Notes: generated by a model from the letters alone, not told the origin. A stretch of 64,000 nucleotides of DNA from an uncultured Candidatus Saccharibacteria bacterium (GCA_964479005.1 CAYZJA010000001.1:80642-144641); one strand, 5' to 3'; positions 28,182 through 38,005 are shown, counted from the stretch's first letter. Translations and numbers: made by a program.

Positions 28182-28490
28182 ATGAATATTAAAAAAGGCG
28201 ATACAGTTTTAATGAAAAAAGGCAAAGATAAAGGAAAGACAGGTAAAGTGATAAAGGTTTTGCCAAAAGATGGCAAGGTGGTTGTTGAAGCTTTAAATTT
28301 AATAAAAAAGATTCAAAAAGCCAAAAAGGCAGGTGAAAAAGGGCAAATGATTTCAGTTCCGAGACCTGTTTATAGAGCTAATGTTATGCTAATTTGTCCT
28401 AATTGTAAGCGACCTACAAGAATTAGTTATACTAAAGATGATGGCGCTAAATACAGAGTTTGTAAAAAATGCGGTTCAAAGATTTCCTAA
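28182..28490 (+). CDS. rplX: 50S ribosomal protein L24 with C4 zinc-ribbon C-terminus
   Basis: IKKGDTVLMKKGKDKGKTGKVIKVLPKDGKVVVEALNL (KOW); C-terminal CPNCKRP...CKKCGS. Confidence 0.9.
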   Translation: MNIKKGDTVLMKKGKDKGKTGKVIKVLPKDGKVVVEALNLIKKIQKAKKAGEKGQMISVPRPVYRANVMLICPNCKRPTRISYTKDDGAKYRVCKKCGSKIS

Positions 28491-28496
28491 GTATTA

Positions 28497-29069
28497 ATGA
28501 CGTTTATGAAATTTTCTTACAAAGAACAATTTAAAAAAATAGTAATTCCAGAAATGAAAAAAGAATATCATATTGATAATGATTTGAGAGTACCAAGAAT
28601 TATAAAGGTGGTGGTTAATATAGGCATAGGTCGATTAACTACTGGTTCTAAGAATAACAAAGAATTAATTAAAAGGGTTTCAGATGCTTTGGCAATAATT
28701 ACCGGCCAAAAACCATCTGTAAGGGCGGCAAAAAAATCTATTGCAAGCTTTAAAACAAGAGAAGGAATGCCGATTGGTTTGAAAGTTACTTTAAGAGGCA
28801 AGAGGATGGAGGATTTTATTTATAAATTTGTTAGTTTGACCATTCCAAGGATTAGAGATTTTTGGGGAATCCCTTTAAAGAATATTGACGAGACTGGAAA
28901 TTTAAATTATGGTATTAAAGAATGTAATGTTTTTCCGGAGACAGAAAGCATACAAAATATTCCTTCATTTGGCTTGGAAATTACCTTTGTTACAAGCACA
29001 AAAAATAGAGAGCAGTCAATGAAATTATATAAACTATTAGGTTTTCCTTTATGGCAAAAAAATCAGTAA
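28497..29069 (+). CDS. rplE: 50S ribosomal protein L5
   Basis: [38 protein letters not shown]...[26 protein letters not shown]. Confidence 0.95.
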   Translation: MTFMKFSYKEQFKKIVIPEMKKEYHIDNDLRVPRIIKVVVNIGIGRLTTGSKNNKELIKRVSDALAIITGQKPSVRAAKKSIASFKTREGMPIGLKVTLRGKRMEDFIYKFVSLTIPRIRDFWGIPLKNIDETGNLNYGIKECNVFPETESIQNIPSFGLEITFVTSTKNREQSMKLYKLLGFPLWQKNQ

Positions 29070-29236
29070 TAGCAAGATCTAAAAAGAAACCCAAGTTCTC
29101 TTCACGAATAGTGCGGCGTTGTTGGCGTTGCGGAAGAAAAAAAGGCTATATTAGAGATTTTGGCCTTTGCCGTATATGTTTTAGGGAGTTAGCTTCAGAA
29201 GGAAAAATACCTGGAATAAAAAAAGCAAGCTGGTAA
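29051..29236 (+). CDS. rpsN: 30S ribosomal protein S14, zinc-binding type Z
   Basis: 61 aa; [38 protein letters not shown]. Confidence 0.95.
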   Translation: MAKKSVIARSKKKPKFSSRIVRRCWRCGRKKGYIRDFGLCRICFRELASEGKIPGIKKASW

Positions 29237-29290
29237 AAGGTAAATAACAAATAACAATAAACAATAGAACAATTTAGTAATTTATATCTT

Positions 29291-29683
29291 ATGACCGATC
29301 CTATAGCAGACATGTTAACAAGAATACGTAATGCTCAAGCAGTTAAAAAAGAAACCGTTGTTTTCCCTTATTCAAAAATAAAATGGGAGATTTTAAATGT
29401 TTTATCAAAAAGTGATTATATCAAGGGGTTAGATAAAACAAACAAAAAAAATAAAAAGTTTATTGAAATAATTCTAAAATATGATGAAGAGAAAACTCCA
29501 AAGATTTCTGAATTAAAGAGAGTTTCTAAGCCATCAAGACGCGTATATGTTCACGCAAAAGATATTTGGTTTTTTAAAAAAGGTTTAGGCATAAAAGTTT
29601 TGTCAACTCCAAAAGGAGTTCTTTCTGATAAAGAATCAAAGAAATTAAATGTCGGCGGGGAGATTTTATTAGAAATATGGTAA
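29291..29683 (+). CDS. rpsH: 30S ribosomal protein S8
   Basis: MTDPIADMLTRIRNAQAVKKETV...PSRRVYVHAKDI...GGEILLEIW. Confidence 0.95.
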   Translation: MTDPIADMLTRIRNAQAVKKETVVFPYSKIKWEILNVLSKSDYIKGLDKTNKKNKKFIEIILKYDEEKTPKISELKRVSKPSRRVYVHAKDIWFFKKGLGIKVLSTPKGVLSDKESKKLNVGGEILLEIW

Positions 29684-29693
29684 TTTATATATT

Positions 29694-30236
29694 ATGTCTC
29701 GTATAGGTAAAAAAGAAATTAATATTCCAGATTCAGTTGAAGTAGTATTGGAAGAAAACAAATTAAAAGCCAAGGGTCCTAAGGGTGAGGATTTTTTAAT
29801 TATCAAAAATGGTTTTAAAATTAATATTAAAGATAATGCCTTATTAGTTATTCCTTTAGAGCAAAAAAAAGATACTTCTGCCCAATGGGGGACTTTAAGA
29901 GCATTAATTAATAATCTTATAATAGGGGTAGATAAAGGATTTGAAAAACAATTGGAGATTAATGGAGTAGGTTATCGCGCTGATATGGATGGAGCTAATT
30001 TGAATCTTAAATTAGGATATAGTCATCCAATTATACTTTCTGTTCCCGAAGGACTGGATGTAAAAGTGGAAAAAAATATAATCACTATTAATGGTATTTC
30101 AAAAGAAAAAGTTGGACAATTTGCCGCGCTAATAAAGTTTCAAAGGCCTGTGGAACCTTATAAAGGAAAAGGTGTTCGTTATGTTGGGGAAAAAGTTTTA
30201 CGAAAAGCGGGTAAGAAGGTGGTAACCACTGCTTAA
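29694..30236 (+). CDS. rplF: 50S ribosomal protein L6
   Basis: MSRIGKKEINIPDSVEV...GVGYRADMDGANLNLKLGYSHPI...PYKGKGVRYVGEKV. Confidence 0.95.
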   Translation: MSRIGKKEINIPDSVEVVLEENKLKAKGPKGEDFLIIKNGFKINIKDNALLVIPLEQKKDTSAQWGTLRALINNLIIGVDKGFEKQLEINGVGYRADMDGANLNLKLGYSHPIILSVPEGLDVKVEKNIITINGISKEKVGQFAALIKFQRPVEPYKGKGVRYVGEKVLRKAGKKVVTTA

Positions 30237-30253
30237 ATTAATTAAAAGAGTAA

Positions 30254-30658
30254 ATGAATAAAAATAGCAAAAGAGAGCAAAGAGAAAAAAGGCATAGAAG
30301 AGTAAGGGCAAAGATCCATGGAACAAAAGATAGGCCCCGTCTTTGTATTTTTAAATCCAATAAGCATATTTACGCTCAAATTATTAATGATGATAAGGGA
30401 TTTACACTCGTTTTTGCTTCAGATTTAGAAATCAAAGATTCAAAAAAAGATAAGAACCTTGCTTCGCAAGAACCTTGTTATTCGCCTTTGGCTCATAATA
30501 AAAAAATTAATTTAGCTCAAAAAGTTGGGGAATTAATAGCTAAGAGGGCAAAAGATAAAAAAATAACGAAAATTCTTTTTGACAGAGGTGGATTTAAATA
30601 TCACGGTCAAGTGAAAACTTTAGCTGATGAAGCCAGAAAACACGGATTACAGTTTTAA
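30254..30658 (+). CDS. rplR: 50S ribosomal protein L18 carrying a ~15-aa in-frame insertion encoded by an AAGAACCTTG-family repeat copy
   Basis: [21 protein letters not shown]...[45 protein letters not shown]. The insert [14 protein letters not shown] is encoded by 30452-30497. Confidence 0.9.
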   Translation: MNKNSKREQREKRHRRVRAKIHGTKDRPRLCIFKSNKHIYAQIINDDKGFTLVFASDLEIKDSKKDKNLASQEPCYSPLAHNKKINLAQKVGELIAKRAKDKKITKILFDRGGFKYHGQVKTLADEARKHGLQF

Positions 30659-30671
30659 TTTTTAAACCATT

Positions 30672-31226
30672 ATGGCTTTTAATAGAAGATCGAAGGTAAA
30701 TAAAAGTGAATTTGAAGAGAGTCTTTTAGATATTGCGCGTGTAACTCGAGTAGTAGCAGGAGGAAAACGTTTAAGTTTTCGAGCTACGTTGGTAATTGGC
30801 AATAAATCCAAGCATCAAGTTGGTGTCGGGATAAGTAAAGGAAAAGATGTGGCTCAGGCGATTCAAAAAGCAAATAATAATGCAAAAAAGAATCTCATTA
30901 TTGTTCCAATTATTAATGAAACAATTCCACATGAAGTAAAAGCGAAATATAAAGCCTCAAGAGTAATCATAAAGCCAGCCAAAAAAGGAAGAGGAATAAG
31001 AGCTGGCGGAGCAGTGCGAACTGTATTAAAATTAGCTAATGTCCCAAATGCTAATGCTAAAATTTTAAGTTCCAGCACTAATGCTATTAATAATGCCAGA
31101 GTAACTATTCTTGCTCTTTCTAAATTAAAGAGTTTTGTCAGTAAAGAAAAATCTAATGAAGAAAAATCCATTGATAAAAAACAACAAACAAAGAATTATG
31201 CAAATTCATCAGATAAGATCAAATAA
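30672..31226 (+). CDS. rpsE: 30S ribosomal protein S5 with C-terminal extension. No rpmD (L30) gene lies between rpsE and rplO
   Basis: LLDIARVTRVVAGGKRLSFRATLVIGNKSKHQVGVGISKGKDVAQAIQKA. Confidence 0.93.
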   Translation: MAFNRRSKVNKSEFEESLLDIARVTRVVAGGKRLSFRATLVIGNKSKHQVGVGISKGKDVAQAIQKANNNAKKNLIIVPIINETIPHEVKAKYKASRVIIKPAKKGRGIRAGGAVRTVLKLANVPNANAKILSSSTNAINNARVTILALSKLKSFVSKEKSNEEKSIDKKQQTKNYANSSDKIK

Positions 31227-31641
31227 TAAATCATCAAAAAAAAGGAAAGTCGGCAGAGGCGGTAAGAGAGGGACTTATTCTGGGCGAGGAATTAAAGGTC
31301 AGAAATCCCGGGCTGGATCAAAGATAAAACCTCAAATAAGAGAGATGATATTAAGGTTTCCTAAAAGACGCGGGGTGTCTTTTAATCCTTTAAAAAAGAA
31401 ATCTTTAGCCATAAAATTGAATGATATAGTAAAAGCTTTTCCTGAAGGTGGCGTTATTAACCTTAATAAATTAAAGAAAGCAGGCTTGATAAAAAAAATA
31501 AAAGGTGAAATTCGTCCAATTAAAATTTTAGGTGCAATACCTTTATCCAAAAAATATATTATTAAAAATTGTTTAGTTTCTGAAAAAGTAAAGGAGGTAA
31601 TTATAAAAGCCGGAGGAAAAATAGATTTTAAAATTAAATAA
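31198..31641 (+). CDS. rplO: 50S ribosomal protein L15; start moved to ATG 31198 because ORF 31135 overlaps rpsE
   Basis: KRKVGRGGKRGTYSGRGIKGQKSRAGSK. Confidence 0.9.
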   Translation: MQIHQIRSNNKSSKKRKVGRGGKRGTYSGRGIKGQKSRAGSKIKPQIREMILRFPKRRGVSFNPLKKKSLAIKLNDIVKAFPEGGVINLNKLKKAGLIKKIKGEIRPIKILGAIPLSKKYIIKNCLVSEKVKEVIIKAGGKIDFKIK

Positions 31642-31648
31642 ATTTAAT

Positions 31649-32920
31649 ATGTTCAAAAATCTTTTAGCTCTATTACGAACGCCTGATTTAAGAAAAAAAG
31701 TAATTATAATTTTACTGCTCTTGGTGATTTTTCGGATAATGGCTACCATTCCATTGCCTAATGTTGACAGAGAGCAATTACAGGTTTTCCTCAGCGCTAA
31801 TCAGATATTCGGGCTTTTTAACGTTTTTACAGGAGGCGCTTTTAAAAATATTTCAATTGCTTTACTCGGTGTCGGGCCTTTTATTACAGCTTCTATTATA
31901 ATGCAGCTTCTTACCATGGTTTTTCCTGCCTTAAAAGAGATGCTTAGCCAAGGTACTGATAAAGAAAGAGCAAAATTTATGCAATATTCCCGTTTATTGA
32001 CGATTCCTTTAGCTGCTTTGCAGGGATTTGGTTTTTTAAATTTATTAAGCAGGCAGGGTGTTATTGTTTTTGCTAATCCTATTGATTTGATAAGAAGTGT
32101 TATTATAGTTACTACGGCTTCAATATTTTTGATGTGGATTGGTGAATTGATAACAGAACAAAAATTGGGAAATGGAATTTCTTTAATAATTTTTACAGGT
32201 ATTGTTATAGGTTTTCCACGTGAAATTATGCAAACAATAATAAGCACAGACCCAACAAGGCTTCCTAATATGATAGCGTTTTTTGCTATTGCGCTTTTGA
32301 TGATTGTAGGAGTGGTATTTATTTCAAGGGGAGAAAGAAGGATTCCTGTGAGTTATGCAAAGCAAGTGCGTGGAACAAAAATTTATGGGGGGGCTTCTAC
32401 ATATTTACCATTGAAAATCAATCAAGCTGGCGTAATTCCTATTATTTTTGCTCTTTCTATTTTAATGTTTCCTCAAATGATTAGTCAGTTTTTAGCAAAT
32501 TCACAAAGTCCGTTTATGCTTAAAATGGCTCTCTTTTTGCAAGGATTTAATCAACAATCATTAATTTATCTTGCTTGTTATTTTGGTTTGGTTGTTCTAT
32601 TTACGTTTTTTTATACAACCATTACTTTTAATCCTGAAACTATTGCTGAAAACTTACAAAAAAGAGGCGGTTTTGTTCCTGGTTATCGGCCTGGCAAAAT
32701 AACTTCACAATACCTTGTCAACACCAGCCATAAGGTTACTTTTTTTGGAGCTATATTCTTGGGCATGATCGCTATTCTTCCAATAATTATGCAGCAGACT
32801 ACCGGTGTTACCACTTTTGCTATTGGAGGTACTTCAATCTTAATTATGGTAAGTGTAGCTATAGAAGTCATGGATACAATAGAAGCTCAATTAATAATGC
32901 GTGAATATGAAATCTCATAA
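31649..32920 (+). CDS. secY: preprotein translocase subunit SecY
   Basis: 10-TM protein; ALLGVGPFITASIIMQLL, IFTGIVIGFP, plug/hinge regions. Confidence 0.97.
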   Translation: MFKNLLALLRTPDLRKKVIIILLLLVIFRIMATIPLPNVDREQLQVFLSANQIFGLFNVFTGGAFKNISIALLGVGPFITASIIMQLLTMVFPALKEMLSQGTDKERAKFMQYSRLLTIPLAALQGFGFLNLLSRQGVIVFANPIDLIRSVIIVTTASIFLMWIGELITEQKLGNGISLIIFTGIVIGFPREIMQTIISTDPTRLPNMIAFFAIALLMIVGVVFISRGERRIPVSYAKQVRGTKIYGGASTYLPLKINQAGVIPIIFALSILMFPQMISQFLANSQSPFMLKMALFLQGFNQQSLIYLACYFGLVVLFTFFYTTITFNPETIAENLQKRGGFVPGYRPGKITSQYLVNTSHKVTFFGAIFLGMIAILPIIMQQTTGVTTFAIGGTSILIMVSVAIEVMDTIEAQLIMREYEIS

Positions 32921-33551
32921 TATCATTTTTTTAGGACGCTCTGGTTCGGGAAAAGGCACACAGGCAGAATTATTAATGAAAAAATTCGCCTTAGTGAATA
33001 TAGATACAGGTGATATTTTAAGAAAGTTGGCAAGAAGAAAAGATAAATTTGGAAAAACGATTTTAGAAATCATGGACCAGGGGAAATTAGTTCCAATTTG
33101 GTTAGTACTTTATTGTTGGGTGGATAAACTTCTTAAAATTTCTTCCAAAAAAGGAATAATGATGGAAGGAAATCCTCGTCAGCTGGAAGAGGCAAAGATT
33201 TTAGAGGAAGTCTTTTCCTGGCTTGGGCGTGAAAATTTTAAAGTAGTTTATTTACGAACATCAGCAAAAGAAGTGATGCAGAGATTATTAATGAGGCGAA
33301 TTTGTTCTAAATGCGGCAGAGAATTTTCTTTGAATTTCACTCCAAATTTAAAAGAATGTTCTCATTGTAAAGGAAAATTGATTCGGCGATCTGATGATTA
33401 TCCAAAAGCTATCAAAAATAGAATGTTATTTTTTCAAAAAAAGATTTTACCTGTAATTAATTATTTTCGAAAGAAAAAAATTGTAATTGAGGTTAATGGA
33501 GAGGGTTCTATTGAAGAAATCCATAAAGGGATTCTTAAAAAATTATTGTGA
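32901..33551 (+). CDS. adk: adenylate kinase with Zn-binding LID (CxxC...CxxC)
   Basis: IIFLGRSGSGKGTQAELL P-loop; CSKCGREF...CSHCKGKLIRRSDD. Confidence 0.9.
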   Translation: MNMKSHNIIFLGRSGSGKGTQAELLMKKFALVNIDTGDILRKLARRKDKFGKTILEIMDQGKLVPIWLVLYCWVDKLLKISSKKGIMMEGNPRQLEEAKILEEVFSWLGRENFKVVYLRTSAKEVMQRLLMRRICSKCGREFSLNFTPNLKECSHCKGKLIRRSDDYPKAIKNRMLFFQKKILPVINYFRKKKIVIEVNGEGSIEEIHKGILKKLL

Positions 33552-34309
33552 TATATTTTAAAACTTCTCAAGATATCAGTATTCTACGTGAAGGCGGAAA
33601 AAAATTGGCATTAGTTTTAAAAAAAGTAACGCAGGCTGTTCAGCCAGGAATATCTACTGCTGATTTGGATAAATTGGCTTTTAATCTTATTTGTGAATAC
33701 GGGGGTAAACCCTCGTTTTTAAATTATCAACCAAGTTTTGCTAATAAGCCATTTCCATCAAGTTTATGTACTTCAATAAATGAAACTGTGGTTCATGGCC
33801 TTCCTTCAGAGAAAAAGATCTTAAAGCAAGGTGATGTGATTTCATTAGATTTAGGAATGGAGTATAAAGGATTATTTACTGATATGGCAGCAACAGTAGG
33901 CGTAGGAGAAATAAAGCCAATATATGAAAAATTGATAAAAATAACGAATGAGTCTTTATTACAAGCAATAAAAACGTCAAAGGTAGATAATACTTTGGGT
34001 GATATAGGTTATGCTATTCAAAAATGTGTAGAAAAAGAGGGATTTGTTGTTGTAAAAGGTTTAGTGGGGCATGGAGTTGGTTATTCTCCGCATGAAGATC
34101 CTGTTGTTTTTAATTATGGAACCCCGCATCAGGGGTTAAAATTGGAAGAGGGTATGGTTATAGCAATAGAGCCAATGGTGACTTTTGATGATGGAACTGT
34201 AAAAGAAGAAAAAGATGGCAGTTTTGTGACTCTCAATGGAAGAGTATCGGGTCATTTTGAACATACAGTGGCTATTACAAAAAAGGGACCAATAGTAATT
34301 ACGGAGTAA
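33548..34309 (+). CDS. map: type I methionine aminopeptidase
   Basis: Pita-bread fold metal ligands (D...D...HGVGYSPHEDP...E...E), typical MetAP. Confidence 0.93.
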   Translation: MIYFKTSQDISILREGGKKLALVLKKVTQAVQPGISTADLDKLAFNLICEYGGKPSFLNYQPSFANKPFPSSLCTSINETVVHGLPSEKKILKQGDVISLDLGMEYKGLFTDMAATVGVGEIKPIYEKLIKITNESLLQAIKTSKVDNTLGDIGYAIQKCVEKEGFVVVKGLVGHGVGYSPHEDPVVFNYGTPHQGLKLEEGMVIAIEPMVTFDDGTVKEEKDGSFVTLNGRVSGHFEHTVAITKKGPIVITE

Positions 34310-34330
34310 CAAAGGCGAGGAGATATATAA

Positions 34331-34525
34331 GCAAGTATTTCTCTTTCACTCCTACATTCCAGCAGAGACAAACAATACTCACTCACTCGGGAACACCTTC
34401 CGAAATTCCGCTTCGCCACGTTAAACGTGGCTTCGCTCCAGTTTCGGCTTTCCTTTTCGTTCGTTTCATTTGTTTGTATCTCTGCTTCCATTAATGTCGT
34501 TCAGGAGCAAATACTTGCTTTAATA
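34331..34525. repeat. ~195-bp imperfect palindromic element with 11-bp terminal inverted repeats (MITE-like, or a long RNA hairpin)
   Basis: agcaagtattt (34331-34341) vs aaatacttgct (34515-34525). Arms share agcagaga-caaacaa. Centre cgccacgttaaacgtggc. GC content is higher than the surrounding sequence. Confidence 0.5.
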
Positions 34526-34681
34526 TTTTTTCAACAGCCTCTTCTTGCATTAAACTTTTATACATTCACACTTTGTTAATTGTTATTTGTTTTTTGTTTA
34601 TATCCTGGAGGTTGACCTTCGAGCAATAATGTGGTAGCATATAAATGTCCAAAAATGGACATTGTTTTTTTGACAAAAGAA

Positions 34682-34808
34682 TAAAAATATAGAAAATAAA
34701 AATATAGAAATTATAGAAAAGGAGATTAAGAAATGAAAAAAAAGAAAGGAAAAAAGGAAAAAAGAATCAAAGAATCAAAGAATCAAAGAATCAAAGAAAA
34801 TGATACCG
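34682..34808. repeat. low-complexity tandem repeats
   Basis: (ataaaaatatagaaa) x2, then (gaatcaaa) x4.5 inside an A/G-rich stretch. Confidence 0.7.
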
Positions 34809-34964
34809 TCTGATGAGGAGATTGGAAAAATGCTGGATATGTCTGAGTTTGTACAAGTAATGTATATCGATTGGGGAAATCCACTGGGCACAAAGCCCAT
34901 CAAATCAAAGTCAAAATAAAAGCCAGAGGAGATAAAAAAATATAGAAAAAGGAGGTGAAATGTA

Positions 34965-35225
34965 ATGTTAAAAGTTGTAATAAAGGTTTTGTCTTTATTT
35001 GTTTTTATAGTTTTATGTTCATTATTTGCTGATAAAGCTTTATCTCAAATGATAAGTCTTTATGATAAATTTGGAACGAGATATATCATTGCAATTAATG
35101 GATTTGAATTTCTGAGTTTTATCTTTTGGACGGGGTTTATAGTCATGACTTTAATTATATTAAAGATAATTATATTGGTTGCTACAGAAAAGAAAGAAGA
35201 AAAGCAAGAAGAAGTAGAAGAATAA
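34965..35225 (+). CDS. small membrane protein, unknown function
   Basis: GGAGGTG RBS; two TM helices; K/E-rich C-terminus. Confidence 0.5.
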   Translation: MLKVVIKVLSLFVFIVLCSLFADKALSQMISLYDKFGTRYIIAINGFEFLSFIFWTGFIVMTLIILKIIILVATEKKEEKQEEVEE

Positions 35226-35230
35226 AAAAT

Positions 35231-35270
35231 GACCCTCGCATCTATGGAGAGATAGGTGTGAGGGTTTTTT
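35231..35270 (+). terminator. intrinsic terminator
   Basis: accctcgcatctatggagagataggtgtgagggt followed by tttttt. Confidence 0.55.
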
Positions 35271-35310
35271 ATTTTCTTAAATTTTTGGTATACTACAGTA
35301 TATATAGAAG

Positions 35311-35769
35311 ATGAATGAACTTTGGACTATTATTATTGCTGGTTCTCCGATAGTTGAATTGCGAGGGGCGATTCCTGTGGCTATGGGAATTTTTAATTTT
35401 GCTTGGCCTAAAGCGTTAATTTTAAGTTTAATTGGGAATATTTTACCAATTATTCCTATAATTTGGTTTTTAGACAAATTATCTGATTATTTGAGTAAAC
35501 AATTTGATATTTTTAATCGTTTTTTTAATTGGCTTTTTGAAAGAACTAGGAAAAAGACAGAAAACAGCTTTAATAAATGGGGAAAATGGGCCTTAGTGGC
35601 ATTTGTTGCGATTCCTTTGCCTTTTACAGGGGTTTGGACTGGTTCAATAGCGGCATTTTTGTTTGGTGTTAAGTACAGAAACGCTTTTTGGCTTATTAGT
35701 TTGGGAGCGCTTTTTGCCGGGATATTAGTTACGATTTTAACTCTTTTAGGCACAAATATATTTTCATGA
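35311..35769 (+). CDS. small membrane protein, COG2426 / Sm_multidrug_ex-like
   Basis: PIVELRGAIPVAMG motif and four TM helices. Confidence 0.4.
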   Translation: MNELWTIIIAGSPIVELRGAIPVAMGIFNFAWPKALILSLIGNILPIIPIIWFLDKLSDYLSKQFDIFNRFFNWLFERTRKKTENSFNKWGKWALVAFVAIPLPFTGVWTGSIAAFLFGVKYRNAFWLISLGALFAGILVTILTLLGTNIFS

Positions 35770-36542
35770 ATAAATTTATTGTTTTTAATTTTAAAATGGC
35801 CCCAGCATCTCTTGTAGAAGCAAAAGAAATTTTTCAAATTTTTAAAAAGTTTGCGCAAAAAACTAAGCCGAACAAAATAATTATAGCGCCGCCTTCTATC
35901 TATTTAGCAGAAGCGTCAGATGTTTTTCAAAAAGAATGCATCTTAGGGGCTCAAGATGTTTTTTGGTTTAATCGTAATTCTGCTACGGGAGAGATTTCAC
36001 CTAAGATGTTAAAATCATTGGGTGTAGAATATATTATTGTTGGGCATTCTGAAAGACGAGAATATTTTAATGAAACTAACGAAATAATTAATTCTAAAAT
36101 AAAAGCCTGTCTAAGTAATGATTTAACTCCGATTCTCTGTATTGGAGAAAAAGAGAGAAAAAAAGGGGATTGTTCTTTATCTTTCCGGATAAAAAAGATT
36201 CTTTTTGAACAATTAAATTATGCTCTAAGAGGCATTATTCTCGAGAAATCCACAGATTTAGTCATTACTTATGAGCCAGTTTGGGCTATTAGCGCTAATC
36301 AACCAAAAGAATTGGAAGATCCAGAAGAAATTGAAAAAACAATTAGTCTTATTCGTTTTTGGCTTGCCAGACGATTTTCAGAAAATATAGCAAAAAATAT
36401 ACATATTCTTTATGGCGGTTCAGTAGACTCACAGAATATTTCTTCTTTTTTGTCTTTGAAAGAAATTAACGGAGTTTTAGTTGGTCGAATGAGTACAAAT
36501 AAAATAGGCCTTAAAAAACTTTTTAAAAAAATAATAAAATAA
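35766..36542 (+). CDS. tpiA: triosephosphate isomerase
   Basis: IIAPPSIYL...GAQDV...GEISPKMLKSLGVEYIIVGHSERR...YEPVWAI...GGSV. Confidence 0.9.
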   Translation: MNKFIVFNFKMAPASLVEAKEIFQIFKKFAQKTKPNKIIIAPPSIYLAEASDVFQKECILGAQDVFWFNRNSATGEISPKMLKSLGVEYIIVGHSERREYFNETNEIINSKIKACLSNDLTPILCIGEKERKKGDCSLSFRIKKILFEQLNYALRGIILEKSTDLVITYEPVWAISANQPKELEDPEEIEKTISLIRFWLARRFSENIAKNIHILYGGSVDSQNISSFLSLKEINGVLVGRMSTNKIGLKKLFKKIIK

Positions 36543-36550
36543 ATAAAATT

Positions 36551-37120
36551 ATGGATAAGAAGTATATTATAATTATAGCTATCTTAATTATTGTTAGTGG
36601 AATTTTTGCTTCGCTTATGATTTATGAAAAATTGACAGGAGTAAACAAAATTGAACCATTAGGGATAGCATCGGAAAATATTATAGTGGCAGGAGATGAA
36701 GAAGAAATAGTTCAGGTTATTACGCCAGCGACTGTAGATCAGGAGATAGAATTAGCAGCTAATTGTGATGCTTTTCCTGATATGTTAACATCTTGTACAA
36801 AATATAAATGTCAATTTATTCATCCATTTACTGGCGAGGATATGAAGAGAGAAATTTTGGGAATAATTGATGGAAAATGTAATTATATTGAGCAGATGCC
36901 TAATAGTGGGCAAATGGAATGTAAATATACAGAAAGTTTTAGAAAAGTTGTCGCTCAATATTATAGGGATATTGAATATGCAGAATCTATTGGATTTGAA
37001 ATAGATATAGATTTAGGAAGTGAAGAGCAAGTAACAAAATATACTATAGACGGCAAAGAGGTAGCAAATCCTCTGCAAGAAGCGACAGACACTGGAATTT
37101 GTATTATCTCAGGCTATTAA
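36551..37120 (+). CDS. membrane-anchored extracytoplasmic hypothetical protein
   Basis: N-terminal TM anchor; Cys-containing, acidic. Confidence 0.45.
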   Translation: MDKKYIIIIAILIIVSGIFASLMIYEKLTGVNKIEPLGIASENIIVAGDEEEIVQVITPATVDQEIELAANCDAFPDMLTSCTKYKCQFIHPFTGEDMKREILGIIDGKCNYIEQMPNSGQMECKYTESFRKVVAQYYRDIEYAESIGFEIDIDLGSEEQVTKYTIDGKEVANPLQEATDTGICIISGY

Positions 37121-37222
37121 AGGATAAATTTTGACCAGATATATTTTGAGAGCAAGTGATATTAATAAAATCCATAGAAGTTAAAAATAATAAAACAAAA
37201 ATATAATAAAATAAATAAAATT

Positions 37223-38005
37223 ATGAATGAAAAAAAACAAAAACAGTTAATTGATACTTTAATAGTCTTCTTGGTAATTTTAGGTTTAGGTGTTTTGAGC
37301 TGGGGTTATTATAATTATCATCAAGCGCAAAGTATTATCAATGAAGGCGAGCATACGATTTCTTTTACTGCCGAGGGAAAAGTTTTGGCTAAACCTGATA
37401 TTGCGAAAATTACTTTTTATGTAATAAATCAAGGAGAAAAAGCTGAAACAGTGCAGAAAGAGAATAATGAAAGGATGCAAGAAGCTGTTACTTTTGTTAA
37501 AAATCAAGGAGTTGAAGATGACGATATTAGAACAGTTAGGTATAATTTAAACCCTGAATATGATTATACCTGGTGTAAAAAACCTGGTGAAAAACCTTAT
37601 CCCTCTTGTCCTCCAAAAATTATTGGTTATAAATTAGATCAGGGTGTAGAAGTTAAAATTAGAGATTTTGATAAAATTGATACAATTGTAGGAGGATTGT
37701 CTGAAAAAGGAGTGAATCAGATTTCCAATGTGAGTTTTGTTATTGATGATACTGAAAACTACAAAAATGAGGCTCGTATTTTGGCATTGGACAAGGTAGA
37801 AAAAAGAGCTAAATTATTAGCGCAAAAAAGCTCAATTAAATTAGGAAAGATTATTGATATTTCAGAAGGACAGGGCATTTACCCTGTTTATAGGGCTGCA
37901 ACAATGGAAGCAGTGCCTGGTTCTTCCGATGAAATAACAGCTCCAATTGAACCTGGCACAGAGGAAATTACTGTAACATTGACTGTTACCTACAAACTAC
38001 GTTAA
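37223..38005 (+). CDS. SIMPL-domain (DUF541, BP26/OMP28-like) protein
   Basis: TM anchor then ISFTAEGKVLAKPDIAKITFYV...KENNERMQEAVTFVKNQGVEDDDIRT. Confidence 0.55.
   Translation: MNEKKQKQLIDTLIVFLVILGLGVLSWGYYNYHQAQSIINEGEHTISFTAEGKVLAKPDIAKITFYVINQGEKAETVQKENNERMQEAVTFVKNQGVEDDDIRTVRYNLNPEYDYTWCKKPGEKPYPSCPPKIIGYKLDQGVEVKIRDFDKIDTIVGGLSEKGVNQISNVSFVIDDTENYKNEARILALDKVEKRAKLLAQKSSIKLGKIIDISEGQGIYPVYRAATMEAVPGSSDEITAPIEPGTEEITVTLTVTYKLR

Noticed and set aside
31135-31197. Extended N-terminus of L15 from the ORF track
   Set aside because: Overlaps the rpsE coding region in another frame. The conserved L15 sequence begins near the internal ATG at 31198. Analogous start corrections were made for fusA (18881), rnhA (40048), lepA (44294), rplJ (52770), the GH-like gene (56552) and 52230.
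34252-34491. Minus-strand ORF (79 aa) overlapping the 3' end of map
   Set aside because: Antisense to a well-supported gene. No RBS. Sits inside the palindromic element. Likely a chance open frame.
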